Below are positions 1-14,029 of a DNA stretch of 64,000 nt, in pieces (the stretch's first letter is position 1; every line of letters starts with the position of its first letter). Source of the stretch: Takakia lepidozioides. Taxonomy: Eukaryota; Plantae; Bryophyta. The position numbers were made by a program, and so were the translations under genes. The stretch is from the NCBI GenBank assembly GCA_030704615.1, contig CM060733.1, positions 55,614,001-55,678,000 on the forward strand. Direction: 5' to 3'. The notes beneath the pieces were generated by a model, which searched no databases, was not told the DNA's origin, and worked only from the letters and a program-made list of their open reading frames with translations.

Positions 1-689
1 CATGACCAACATCTACATGTCCCTGAAAAGCCACTGGCTGAATTCCCAAATTATTGTGATTTGACCTCACACCCCCATCCTCATGAACTGCCATCCCTCC
101 CATAGCCCGGGAGAGTGGTAATATAGTAGGTGGGGTACTGGACCATGACTGAAGAGCTGGTTGACTCTGTGCAAGCACTTGGCTTCGCACAGGGCTAGAC
201 CAAGCGGACACACTAGCCACGTACAAAGGATGAGATGCACGAGAGGAGGTGACAGGCATACCTTGAAATTGAGGATTGTCATGCAAGAAAATAGGCCTCA
301 ATTCTGCCGGGGAGCGGAACTCAAAACTAAGATGCTAGGCTGACTTGCAAGTGACTCCCCTATGCGATCCAAGCCGTCCATCCGTCGTGCATGGAATCCA
401 TGGCATACAAGTTCGCCCTCGTATCATCTGCAACATCCAAGTTATCCCGAAATTCTACCACCCAAGCCAGGCCTGGTGCTAGTGGCTGCCACAGGTCCAA
501 GACCAAGGTTGAATGCAATTGTCGTGTGGAATTTGTAACTAAATCTACATGAATAAATGACAAATTACATATCATATTAGTGTACATCACATGGACATCA
601 TTTTGACACTCCTCACATCACATAATCGCTCCAATTGAAGACGTGTGAAATGTGTGTCATCCCTTGTATGACATAAATAATGCTTTGGT

Positions 690-3600
690 CATGTCAAGAC
701 TTTTTCACCCCAACCATCCGTTGAGCCATTGAATGAAATTTCAATTGATCAGATATTAGTCCGGGACCCGTGAGAGGATGTCCCGAATGTAGTGGCAAAG
801 TTTGAAAGCAAACAAAAATGATTTGGATGGCCAACCATCCGTTCACCTGTGCCATGAATTCCGTTGGATATTCTATTACTCCGGGACCTGTTGGACTACG
901 TTTCGCGTGCTCATGGTTCATTCCGTTTCTGAACCGTATGTGTAATGATTCCATATGCAACGTGCGTGCCAAATTTGGGAGCGAACAACATTCATTTGGA
1001 CCCAAAACCACAGTTTCTTCACTGTTTTGCATTCCAAACTTGATTTGTGTTCTACTTCATGCACTCTTCATAGAGAGTTCCGCAATAGTGAGCGAAGAGA
1101 ACATTTTTTTTTTTTTTGGACTTTTTTATTGATCCAAATTTTGGCGGGGGAGTAGCGGTGGGATGCTTGAAGCCGCAGAACAAAATTGAGGCAGAAAAAC
1201 AAAATCGATACGTGGCAGAAACCCCCAATCAAAGGCAGTGCAAACCTAATCATTGGCTTAAAATTGATTTAAATTCAATTAAATTCTCGAATGGCTTGAG
1301 GGGTGAGCGCGTCGATGGGGAGGCAAATGATTTATTCTTCTGTTGTGTCTCCGCACATGTTCAAGCACCTGCGGGGAAAAGATGGGCTTCAACCACATCC
1401 GTTCAATGGGTGCAATAGCCGTGCACGCCTCGCTGGGTTTTTTTTCTTCGCAATGAACAAAAACTGGATGACAAGTGAACGCCTCATTGGCCCATCGAAA
1501 GAATTTCGATTGATCTCATATTACTCTGGGGCCTGTCAGATGGTACGATGAACATGCTGGCCAAGTCTCGAAGCGAACGAAAACCGTTTGGATGGGCAAC
1601 CATCCGTTGGGCCACCGAACAAATTTTGGTTTCGTCTCAAATTACTCTGGGACCTCTTAAATGGCACATTGAACATACTGGCCAAGTCTCAAAGCGAACC
1701 AAAATCATTTCGATGGCCAACCATCCGTTGAGCCATCGAATGAAATTTCGATTGATCTCATATTAGTCCGGGACCCGTGAGAGGATGTCCCGAACGTACT
1801 GGCAAAGTTTGAAAGCAAACAAAACTGATTTGGATGGCCAACCATCCGTTCACCGGTGCCATGAATTCCGTTGGATATTCTATTACTTCGGGACCTGTTG
1901 GACTGCGTTTCACGTGCTCATGGTTCATTCCATTTCTGAACCGTATGTGTAATGATTCCATATGCAATGTGCATGCCAAATTTGGGAGCGAACAAAATTT
2001 ATTTGGACCCAAAATCACAATTTCTTCCCTATTTTGCACTCCAAACTTGATTTGTGTTCTATTTCATGCACTCTTCATAGAGAGTTCCGCAATAGTGAGC
2101 GAAGAGAACACTTTTTTTTTTTGGACATTTTTTATTGGTCCAAATTTTGGCGGGGGAGTAGCGGTGGGATGCTTGAAGCCGCAGAACAAAATTGAGCCAA
2201 AAACAAAATCGATACATGGCGGAAACCCCCAATCAAAGGCAGTGCAAACCTAATCATTGGCTTAAAATTGATTTAAATTCAATTAAATTCTCGAATGGCT
2301 TGAGGGGTGAGCGCGTCGATGGGGAGGCAAATGATTTATTCTTCTGTTGTGTCTCCGCACATGTTCAAGCACATGCGGGCAAAAGATGGGCTTCAACCAC
2401 ATCCGTTCAATGGGTGCAATAGTCGTGCACGCATTGCTGGATTTTTTTTCTTTGCAATGAACAAAAACTGGATGACAAGTGAACCAGCATGTTCATCGTA
2501 CCATCTGACAGGCCCCAGAGTAATATGAGATCAATCGAAATTCTTTCGATGGGCCAATGAGGCGTTCACTTGTCATCCAGTTTTTGTTCATTGCGAAGAA
2601 AAAAAATCCAGCGAGGCGTGCACGGCTATTGCACCCATTGAACGGATGTGGTTGAAGCCCATCTTTTCCCCGCAGGTGCTTGAACATGTGCGGAGACACA
2701 ACAGAAGAATAAATCATTTGCCTCCCCATCGACGCGCTCACCCCTCAAGCCATTCGAGAATTTAATTGAATTTAAATCAATTTTAAGCCAATGATTAGGT
2801 TTGCACTGCCTTTGATTGGGGGTCTCTGCCACGTATCGATTTTGTTTTTGGCTCAATTTTGATTTGCGGCTGCAAGCATCCCACCGCTACTCCCCCGCCA
2901 AAATTTGGACCAATCAAAAATGTCCAAAAAAAAAGGTGTTCACTTCGCTCACTATTGCGGAACTCTCTATGAAGAGTGCATGAAGTAGAACACAAATCAA
3001 GTTTGGAGTGCAAAACAGGGAAGAAATTGTGATTTTGAGTCCAAATGAATTTTGTTCGCTCCCAAATTTGGCACGCACATTGCATATGGAGTCATTACAC
3101 ATACGGTTCAGAAACGGAATGAACCATGAGCACGTGAAACGCAGTCCCCGAGTAATAGAATATCCAACGGAATTCATGGCACCGGTGAACGGATGGTTGG
3201 CCATCCAAATCATTTTTTTTTGCTTTCAAACTTTGCCAGTACGTACGGGACATCCTCTCACGGGTCCCAGACTAATATGAGATCAATCGAAATTTCATTC
3301 GATGGCTCAACGGATGGTTGGCCATCGAAATGATTTTGGTTCGCTTTGAGACTTGGCTAGTATGTTCAATGTGCCATCTAAGAGGTCCCAGAGTAATATG
3401 AGACGAAACCAAAATTTGTTCGGTGGCCCAACGGATGGTTGCCCATCCAAACGGTTTTCGTTCGCTTCGAGACTTGGCCAGCATGTTCATCGTACCATCT
3501 GACAGGCCCCAGAGTAATATGAGATCAATCGAAATTCTTTCAATGGGCCAATGAGGCGTTCACTTGTCATCCAGTTTTTGTTCATTGCGAAGAAAAAAAA

Positions 3601-4144
3601 TCCAGCGAGGCGTGCACGGCCATTGCACCCATTGAACGGATAATGGTTGAAGCCCATCTTTTGCCCGCATGTGCTTGAACATGTGCGGAGACACAACAGA
3701 AGAATAAATCATTTGTCTTCCCATCGACGCGCTCATCCCTCAAGCCATTCGAGAATTTAATTGAATTTAAATCAATTTTAAGCCAATGATTAGGTTTGCA
3801 CTGCCTTTGATTGGGGGTTTCTGCCACGTATCGATTTTGTTTTTGGCTCAATTTTGTTCTGCGGCTTCAAGCATCCCACCGCTACTCCCCCGCCAAAATT
3901 TAGACCAATCAAAAATGTCCAAAAAAAAAAGTGTTCACTTCGCTCACTATTGCGGAACTCTCTATGAAGAGTGCATGAAATAGAACACAAATCAAGTTTG
4001 GAGTGCAAAACAGGGAAGAAACTGTGGTTTTGGGTCCAAATGAATTTTGTTCGCTCCCAAATTTGGCACGCACGTTGCATATGGAGTCATTACACATACG
4101 GTTCAGAAACGGAATGAACCATGAGCACGCGAAACGCAGTCCAA
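690..4144. repeat. ~1.0 kb tandem repeat (with ~120 bp internal sub-repeats); forward copies to 2484, inverted copies 2485-4144
   Basis: ATTAGTCCGGGACCCGTGAGAGGATG recurs at 755 and 1762 (period ~1007). Orientation flips at 2484. Near-identical ORF translations appear on both strands (e.g. 1303+/2493-, 1548+/3272-). Confidence 0.92.
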
Positions 4145-4631
4145 ATGGCCGCTGAAAGAACAATGAATCAATCTGTATCACTCAGTTCAAAGTTCCGGAG
4201 TTCATGTTTCATTTTTTCTTTCTCTAAGGCATTATGTCTTGTTCTCTTTCTGATTGTTTTGGGCATCATCTTTGGCTTGAAATGCCTGTGACATGCCTGA
4301 CCATGCAGCTTTATTTGTTGAGGACAATTCCATTTCATTGATGTTAGAAATGGATGAGGGTGGGTTTGTCATTGTCGCTGCACAAGAGGTTGCAATGCGA
4401 TTCAATCTAGAAGCGGATTCTTTGTTCATAGATAGAAAAATCTTCAAGTCTGATGGGGTGCTTTTTGGGACATTGTACCAGAAATCTTAACCTTCAGCAC
4501 TAGGAAAGGAATGGAAGTTTTCACCAGGAACATATCAAGTGTTTGGAGCTCAAAAGCAGATGGTGTGTGTGACATCAATGCCTACTGCTTCAGTGCTTTG
4601 AGACGTTCAACCAACGGGTACTACTCAACCT

Positions 4632-5553
4632 GTGAAGGCGTCATTGGTCATCGACCTCAACGACGAGTTTGAGGAGGATATTTTGGAAATCCCGGATCCC
4701 ACTCCACTGTCTGTAACTCCAGAAAAAGACGTGCAGATCATTTCAAGTGTGGTTGACTGTCTTCGAGCACTAGCTCATGCCCCAGGTTGCAAAAGTGAAC
4801 TTCGAGGGGGTGGACTACGACTCTTTCTCTGTGCAAAGAGTTCAATATCTGCAGTACAATTTGACGGCGATGTCTTGTTCAAGCTTCCTCCCACAACAAG
4901 TTTTGGAGGACTTGCAGGCCTTATGTAGGGCATGGACAAAAAACATGATGGTCATCACTAGTGCTTGAGACAAAAACTACAAACATAAAGAACAACATGG
5001 GATTGAAGTTTAGACGGTTTGTCTACGCTATCCAAACCAAGAGTGCCAACATGTTCAAAGGAACAAATGCGCAAATGAAACTCAGTGGGAAGGTGTAGTT
5101 GTGAATGCATTTCAACCTGGTGAACCTGCTCCACGCAACTCCACAGTGTTGTGCAAATTCTGTAAGTGTGTCCCAATCTCCATTTTTGTGTGTAACGCAA
5201 GGATATACTATGTCTTGCATCGGCCCAAACTGCACGGGCCTGCCTTGATGTCATGGATAAGTTCTCCGTCATTTCCTCCCCTAACATCAGAAATCAAGTG
5301 AATGCCCTTAGGCTTGGGCCTGGGAGTCGGGGTGCCTTGGACAATATTTTGGAATTGTAGAGCAGAAGTCAGTACGACTACATACAGGACAGTGTCTTCC
5401 CTGGTCCCAAAGTGTACTTGTTCAAAATGTCTACCTCAGGTGAATGTAGTGGAGGTGACTCGGTGAAGCGTATGCAACCTGGCGGAAATTTGGAAAATGC
5501 ATGGCTCATGTTCGATCATTATAAACGTGTAAAAGGATGGACGACTATGCACT
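4632..5553 (+). pseudogene. Degenerate DNA-transposase-like gene (Mutator/WRKY-GCM-like remnant)
   Basis: Frame-broken peptide FDGDVLFKLPP..GMDKKHDGHH..TTNIKNNMGLKFRR..CKFCKCVP..CNARIYYV..KRMQPGGNLENAWLMFDHYKRVKGWTTMHC with stops and deletions. Family assignment is from motif recall only. Confidence 0.45.
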
Positions 5554-7683
5554 GCAACAGATCTTGGCTTTTACCACTCCTGTTTTGACTGCATTTTCAG
5601 TCATATCTGTCAAATATGACTTTATGACTTTGAAGTCAATAAAACACTGTCACCTCGGACATGGAGTCATATATGCCAGCTAGTCGTATCAGGCAGTCAC
5701 GATCGCGTCTGCCACCGTGGCACTCATGTGCCTTCAATGGAGTCATATATTGGAGTCACGACTACGTCTACATAATGAACTTCATCCATCCGAGTCAGCA
5801 CGGACGTGTACATTGGTTCGTGCAACACGTGTCCATGGGGTGCATTTCAACACATGGAACTCTAGCATTGCAACCCTATTGCAACACGTGGATGCGCTAC
5901 AATGTGCCATGTGTCAGCTTGGGATGACAAGAAGTGAGTCATGGATATGACTGTCTGGTATGTCTGCGGAGGTGACGTCGGCATGGGTTATGACTGTCAC
6001 ATATGACTTTGGAGGATTGAGATTGCAGTCAGTTGTATGTCTTCATGACAACATGGAATGCAGCTCGGTTGTAATGAAATCTCAATATCTTCTTCAAAAG
6101 TTGATACCCGGCTGATTTTCAAGGTTCCAGTCAGGTTCCGTGTAGTGAGCCAGGTTGCCCCCCGCCGGTTCCAGCTTGGGCCGGGTAAGTGGCGAGATGG
6201 CCCCCGCCGGTTCTCACTCAAGCCGGGTCCACCAAAAATTTGGGTGGCAGGTCTCAATAGTATGATACCCTGACTATTACCCGGCCGGGTATATATGTCA
6301 ACATATATACCCGCCCAACACTAGAACTGACCTAATCTGTCATTCTGAATAAGAGCTACAAGAAACCTGCACGGGTAGATGGTCAACTAGAGGAAGCAAC
6401 AAATGTAGGGTCGAGGGGTTGCGGGACTTCACATTCTTTTTTGGCATCATGCTCCACCTGCGTTTTCTTAGTTTCTTAGTGTCAAGCCTGATGATATGAA
6501 GCCCGACCTAGTCATGTCATGTCCATTCGTGTTTGCAAAGCAGGTGCACGTCTGACAGCCTGGAAAAGAGCAAAGATGTTCATGATGACATCGTCAGAAA
6601 AAGTAATACCCGCCCAACACTGGTTTCCACCTTCAATTTGTTGTGCGTGCATTGAGGTGGATATCATAGGGAATATGTGTGTGAATTCACTAACCAAAAT
6701 GGCATGCATAGGACTCTTGCGATGCTCTCATTGCAGGCGAAAATGATGCAACAAGGAAACTGGCCTTTTCACAAGCACGCGAGGCAGCAACAACACGCCT
6801 TGAGAAGACGGACTCCACACACAAGTGGGCCAGACATGAGAAACACCATCGGCACACTCTCATCTTTAAAAACAAAACCACAAGTGCTAACCTACAACTC
6901 ACAGCTTGCACTCACCAGAATGAGAAGTCATCTCTCTTGAATGATAGGTCCTCAAATACATCATAAAATCTATCACTCATAAACATTAGTCAAGCCTAGT
7001 GCACCTTAAGCCATCGGGACTCCACGCTACATCACAGTCACGCACACCTGCTGCAAGCTCGCCGCTGTGAGGCTCATCTCGAGAGAGATGAGCCTCACGC
7101 AACGAGCATGAGGATATACACGTGCAAGTGCCATGATTATCTTGGCACCTCTTTGTCACTTGGCCAAGTCCAAGAGTTAAACAATATTAGTCAGATAATA
7201 TTTAACTACTTTCACACTAAAATTTAACTAGCTTGACAATTGTACTCATATGCCGTTGTTTGCCATAGAGACAAGGACACAAGGGAAAACTGACACAAAT
7301 AGAGAGAGAAAACAGATTGCCGTGTGTACATGGGAAAGCTGATAAACTCAATCGTCTTAGAGCTACAATGTAGCTTTACACAGGTGGCCGGCGTGGACGT
7401 TATAACCAGCATGGGAAAAAAGCTTTGCCTGGCCAGGTCTCTAGCCGGCCAACAGCCAAATTATCTTTGCAGTGGCTGGACATATGATCAGAGAACAGCC
7501 CTTTGAAGTACAAATCCGTTGAAGGGCTTCTAATGATGTTCTATCGGTGAATACAAGCCCTGACAACCTCTGGATCCAAGGCATTAGGCCCACGTCTAGG
7601 TGGGGGCAGTAGTCCCTTCCCTTGTGAGATTGGTGGATCTTAGGTACCTATGCAAATTGTTATTTCCAGATTGCACTGATCCC

Positions 7684-10600
7684 TCATAGGGCCGATGGCC
7701 ATGTGAGCCGTTCATAAAGCTTACATTCCAACTCGTTTTCAAAAACAACCCCTCCACTCTTCAGATATCTTGCCCTCAACCACTCAGCCAGCTCCGCCTG
7801 AAAGACCTCCACAGCAACCATCAGCTGCAGTCTACTGCAGAGAGAAGTATACAGAAAATTTCGAGATTAGGTTCTTGCAACTTGTACATCAAAATAGAGT
7901 CTCCCCTCACATTGAAGCCTGCATGAAAATGGCAAAACCATAAACTCTGGACGGATCTGCAGCATTGTGTGTAGATGAACTAGAACTTTATATGAAGCTC
8001 CCCCTCACCTGCCGATCTACTGTGATATGACCCCCGCAGGGCAACCTGGTTAGAAAGTGTACATGACACCGCCAATGGTGACCCATAGCAATGGACATGA
8101 TATCCACCATGGCCATGGCAATGACATGGTGGATTGCCTGATTCACCAACAAGGCCAGCGTTCCAATTCAAGCAACTGATATAGTACAGCTACCACTAAC
8201 CTAACAAACATGTATTTCCCCAGCTGGAACAACTTCCTTAGTATAATGGCTTTTAGGAAAGGTCAATTCATTACCTCCGTGAAAGCTTGGTTGGAGACGT
8301 ACTGGCCATCCACTGTACATTCCCTCCCACCAAGGTCAACAGACACGGACATTGTCGAGAGCTTCCCAATGGATTTTTTCACTGCGCCTGGGCATTACAC
8401 AGAAGAACAACTGATGAATTTTTATGGTGCTTTTATGATGGCACCTTCTAGCTGAATAAGAAAACAGATCGAAACTAGAAATTGTCAAGTGGTCAGGGGT
8501 ATGTATAATTCCAGTAGGAGTCACGTAGGCACTAACACGGTGCCACAGTAGCCTCAAATTTAGTCTTTCTAGACTCTCCATCACGCACACAAGCTCCCCT
8601 GTGCCACAAGCTTCAGTTGATGCTCATGTGTGCACCTCTGCTTGGATACTTGAACCTCATCTTCAAGGTTTCTCATAAAGTGGCTACTCAATACAAGAGT
8701 CTGTCACTTGATTTGTCCATATTATACAGCTCTGAAGGCTGTATGTCACATCGTGAATGGGTTCTTTGACGAGTAGTTGATGACCCAGCAATCCATTGGT
8801 AAAGAGACCACTGCCTGTTACAGATGATTGCTTTTCTACATTTGCAACTGCACAGATAATTACAGAAATTCAGCTTATGACACACTTTTGGAGTCAACGT
8901 GACCGCCCAAATCCTACAACAGAGAAAATAAGGCACCTTTAATGCGTGCCATTCGATAGCCAGTGCCACCAAGCTGCGCTTCCCACTGACCAAACCGCAA
9001 CCGCAAGAAAAAGCCCTCCACACGCGCACCAAAGTTTGGTGAGTCCACCCACCTGTCTTGTAAAAATGGAAGAAGAATTGGCAATCACCAGTGACAGCTC
9101 GATTCCATCAAACTGAAAAAGGATTCAAAGTTGGACATATAAAAGCATGACCCATGAAGGTTTTTGAGTACACACTTTAGGAGGTCTGGGCGAGACAATC
9201 GTATCAGCTCCACAGCTGCAAGCACGCCCTTAGGAACTGGGGGAACTGTGTCGCACATTTTGGTAGAAGACTTTGTAAGTGCACCAGCACTGGGGCATGC
9301 ATTATTGTCACCCGTGACTTTTACAGCAATAACCAGATCCAGACACGAGTTCTGGCCTTCACATTTTTCCCCAAGCACCTCCAATTGAAGATTTACCTGC
9401 AGATAAAGGACTACAAGGTCACTGTCAATATCTCGAAGAAAGAGTTGAACCATTCTGACTTGTGTACCTCGTAGTCTTCATTTAGAATGGTGGCCTGTAA
9501 TTGATAGCTTTGTTCACATAATTTTTATGAACAATCTTTGATTCAAGTTTTGGAAATTGGTAGCAGATGGACACGTTTCTTGACTTGGCTGCGACTACCC
9601 TAACATCCAGATTTACTTCTGTCCGGTCTAGTTTCTGTGCATGGTATATTTGGGACAGGCTGCTGTTCTGTAAAACAAAATTCTCGAAGACTCAGTAGTT
9701 CAACTGCAACTCATGCAGTAGACATGTCAGATGCCAACAAGGCCTAAACTTGGATCCCAAAGATACAGAACCAACATACCTCTCTGCGTTGCCCCTTCAT
9801 CTCACTGCTTTCTAAATTTGACCTCTGTCTAGGTTCTTTCCAGTTGTTGTTTTTTTGCATCAAAGGAAATGCTCCCTCGTCACTGGGGTGTTGCCCACGC
9901 CTGTATCCCCTGCACACCCATCCCCCGAAAACCAATCAATGTAGTAGAACAACAAATTGAACCTTCAAAGGGCCAAAATTTGTCTTTGGAGAAAAAGATA
10001 GTAAAAGCACTTGAAAAATTTCTTATCAAACTTCTTGCCACCAGGAGTTTATTATGGCAGATTAAGAGTGCAAGATACCAGAAGTAATTCAAACCCAATG
10101 CGAGCTAACTCTCTTCCTGAAGTAGCAGCATTAGTTTAGTAACTGGAAAAGGCTATTTTACAATTTGTTACTATTGTTTCTTGTTCAAAAAGAAGATGAA
10201 AAACAATCATTTACATATTTCAATGACCCCTAAACAAATGCCAGAAAGGGCCTGCATGTGATGTCACTTGATGAGTTTAATACATTGACTGACAGTAGCT
10301 CATTACAAAAGCAAATAATGGAAATGCCAGTTACTCTTGTTTGGATAGCCTTTCACCTTGACTCTGTCACTTCCTGCGACCCTTTCCCAAAGTCTGTGAC
10401 CTGGGCATATGCCTCACTCTTCTCCACACGGCATGGGGGTTGTCTCTTCCTGCCGATGGAACCGGAGCTATTGTAGCCAGAGCTGCAGCCACCCTCAACA
10501 CCGTTGCTAAGGTGCCAGGTACAGTATCTTTCCCCATGGCCAGTCTCATGACAATTATAGCACACAACACCTTCTATATGTTGAATGCTATAATCCCTCA

Positions 10601-13600
10601 CACCCTGAGTCCCAGCAACAGCTCTCTGTTTCTCTTTCCCACTCTCCCCTTCGTTGCAAATCCATCTGGTCTTGTTCAGGCTCTGGGACTCTGCTTTCCC
10701 ACGGGCACGTGATGCAGCATCAGTGACTGAAAGGTGGCATTGGGCTCCCCAATGGCCAACACCAAGGCAGCGCAGACACTGCATTTCACCCGCCCATGGT
10801 CGAATCTTGCTCATATTACCAACCCGCGCTTCCAACTCACAAAGTTCACAGTCAAGCGTCTCTGAGCAGTCAGCAAGCCCATGACCTGGTAGCCCACAAA
10901 ACCAGCAATAGTGAGGCCTCTCACTGGTTGAGACATTTTGAGACAGTCCCTCTTTAAATTTGGCAGTATCAATTCTCCAAGTTTTCACAGCGCGCATGGC
11001 AGCCACACAATCCGCCATGCCCTGGCCATGAGGAGTTTCACAAGAGAAATCTCTTCCATACATGCTTGCATGGTGCAACCCATCTGACATGGTTGTGCCA
11101 ATGTGCAGCACTCCAGTTCCACATGAATGCTGGCCTGAATCAATCTCCATGGAACTAATTACATTATTTGCCGCCTGGATTGTTGGCGATTCCACGTTAC
11201 TAGTCACTTCAGCTCCCAACACTTCGTCATGAATAATTGCAGGTTTTATCTTTGATGAAACAAGTTCGCTTTGAAACGCCTGAGATGACAGTGCTGGAAG
11301 GGGCACTTGCCTATGCGTTGTTGGTGCCAGGCCCTCCTGCTCCTGCTGCTGATGCGCACTGCTAACATGTCTGCCAACCCCCTTTGGAGCAAACCTTCAC
11401 ACCCACAGAATCCTTCTGTAAATAGTACCAGTATCAGTACACCAACCTGCAATCAGAATGCAGGTTTCTTTACCCTGGATTAAGTGATGCTCATCAATTT
11501 TCATGAATCTCAAACAAAAACCAAGTGACCAGAATTTTAACCACCAGCAGAATGTAAAATGCTAATCCTCTAACAGGGCACACTGTTTACACACGTGATG
11601 CCCAGAGTCTTGAAATGTTTCCCCTTAAGGTCTGCTGCCTTCAAACTGGGCATGCCACCTTGCCACCTATCTCCAAACTCCTACCATATATGTACTGACT
11701 TCTTCCCCTCCCCTCCGCGCCCAGTTGCAGCCCCAATGCAATACAAAGAAGGTAGAATGCAGACACACCTACAGATCCACATATTGCGTATACTGTTGCC
11801 ATCACGAAACGATGGCAACTTGGGCTGATCCACCTCAAGTCTTCCCTCTAAAGCAGGGCCCAATTCCCTCTGTGTTGGAGCCACATCTTCATGCTGTGAA
11901 AATTTAGTGATAGCTCCCTTCTGCACAGCTTGCCTTGTACCTCGATTGGATTGCATGCCTTGTTGCTCCAACTGCCCTGAGTTATCCAACACTGTACAGA
12001 ACCTTCTATCTCTGGACCGTAGCCCATACTCCTCAATGTGCTGTGTTCTCTCGAGTGTAGGAGAAGGTAAATTTCCTATCAAGCTATCCTCTTCCCTCCT
12101 CTGTAGCTCCCTCATTTCACTTCCTGAAAGAAAATCTCCAAGTACCCAGGCATCATTGTCTCCATCCCTTGTTTGAGGCTCGAGATACGTTCCATGATTG
12201 AGTGGCAAACTAGTTTGATTGTGCGTTGCAGAGTTCAAAATGGGTGCTTGCTGCCTTTCTATCAAGCCATAAACTTCCTCGTACTCGCGGCTTTCTCCTT
12301 TCTTGCCACTCTTGAGAACTGAAACCACTCCTATTTCTGACCCCCATCTCGAAGCTGCAATGTCCCCATAAACAGTTTCCTGTGAGAGAAACTCCTTTTC
12401 AACTACCTCTACCACAGCCACATCCGCAATATCTTTGGTACCCTGCTCGGGCAACAACGCAACTTGTGAGAAACTAGCACCTGCCATCGACCACAACGTT
12501 GTGATAGATGGTTCTGCAGGCCCGCTTGGTATAAAAATGTCACTTGTGTGATTTGCAGATCTTCCTTTGCCCAGATGAATCATCCACTTCATAAAAGACC
12601 CCAACCCTGACTGGGCCAAAGGCATAGCAGGCTTCTCTATTTCAGGAGAGTCTAGTCTAATCCAAGGCATTATTTCTTTTTGGTCATCATTACCAAATTT
12701 CTGTCTTTTATCTGGATGGCCATTCTTCCCTTTGTCGTTCTCCTCTCTCTCCCAGTCTCTCTCAAACTTTTTCCTGCTCTTTACTTCCACCTGGCCCATT
12801 CTCCATATCTCATCAGTAGTGTCTCCTTGACAGTTTGCAATGGCAGAATCCACTCTAGCTCCCCCCTGTTTTTGCCCATCTTCACATGTCCCAGAAGCCA
12901 TAGCAGATGAAGGGGAAATGGTGTCTTCCTTGTTGGTGCTGGCACAAATTGCAGATACCACACCATCAACATCTGTCCGTAATAACCTGCTGGAATGTGC
13001 CAGTTCAGTGGCATGTGCAACATGAGTTTGATCAACCAACAGACCACAAGTAGAGCTTGAAACTCTTGCATCCTCCAGGGGAGTCCCTTCATGTGCTTCA
13101 GCCTTAGCAGTGCTCAACAAAATAGCTGCCTCATGGGTGCTCAAATGCAGTGCATGGTAAAACCAGGGAGCAGAATCTGCTTGTGGGTCATCCAAAGGGA
13201 AATCACAATGACCAACTGCACACTTACCACCTGAAAAAGAGACACCAGTTGCATTGACCTGAGAAATGGCCATATTCACTCCTCCTGGAGTGGATTTTCC
13301 GCTGTCTGAGGCTGGCCCATCTTGGTCATCGCTCCAACTACCACTTGTCCTAGGAGCATCCATACTACCCAGGGCTTCTGGCTCTACCAGTAAAAATTCT
13401 GGCATAGATACAACTGACACACCTGAGCTACTGGCCAGAGCTTCTACTGGCCTCTCAACACCAGGGACTGCTGGCAGCATAGGTATGTGCAGCCACATAT
13501 CATTCCTGCCATCAAATGCATTTAAGGAAACTCGAAAGGCTGCTTCCCTCCTTCCAGGGGCTGTTGCAACCATGTCCCGTCCGGCCTCATCTAGCTCCAA

Positions 13601-13965
13601 GGTTGATAAAATGGCCATAGCATGTCCCTTCCCACATGTCCTTGGACAAGGTGGTACAACAGTTTCCAAGTCTGTACCCACCTGTTTCTCTATGTCGATC
13701 TGTCTCTCTGAATGAATTGGCCTCCCTGCCTTGGGTCTCTCTGTATCTGTACTCGTTTCTGTTCCCAGTCGCATCTCCACTTCCACATATCTCTCACTCA
13801 CTTCCAACTCCCCTGGCAAGTCTATTTGCCTCTGTGCCTCTGGTGGATTCTCTCCCTCTGCTTGACTATAAGTGGCCGTCCATCCCTTGATGACACCAAC
13901 ATCAATTATCCCAAGTCTACATGCGGGTCTCTCATCTCTGCTCTGACTCACTTGTGGTCCAACAT
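7684..13965 (-). CDS. TZP: Tandem zinc knuckle / Plus3 domain protein (TZP homologue), spliced
   Basis: Phase-consistent GT-AG exons: 13965-11769, 11394-10357, 9909-9780, 9396-9176, 9052-8937, 8387-8275, 7797-7684 (TGA). Encodes RNMWICRFAPK, three CCHC knuckles (CWFCGLPGHGLADC, CLRCLGVGHWGAQC, CYNCHETGHGERYC) and a Plus3 domain (IRLSRPDLLKWVDSPNFGARVEGFFLRLRFGQWEAQLGGTGYRMARI..VDLGGRECTVDGQYVSNQAFTEAELAEW), matching Arabidopsis TZP motifs. The 5' end lies further upstream. Confidence 0.85.
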
Positions 13966-14029
13966 CTGCAAGTAAATCCACAATTCAGACTCTAAGTCAG
14001 TGCCTTGTTCTAATTCTGAGGGAGGAAAC

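Noticed and set aside
1-600. Degenerate plus-strand reading frame with TAG/TGA stops
   Set aside because: Looks like decayed TE coding sequence but has no recognisable motif.
694-4181. Many 60-140 aa ORFs
   Set aside because: They are translations of the satellite on both strands, with poly-T/A slippage and no protein motifs.
5661-5927. Possible third member of the orphan ~190-aa family (CAFNGVIY vs CPFGGIDY)
   Set aside because: Similarity is limited to a few residues.
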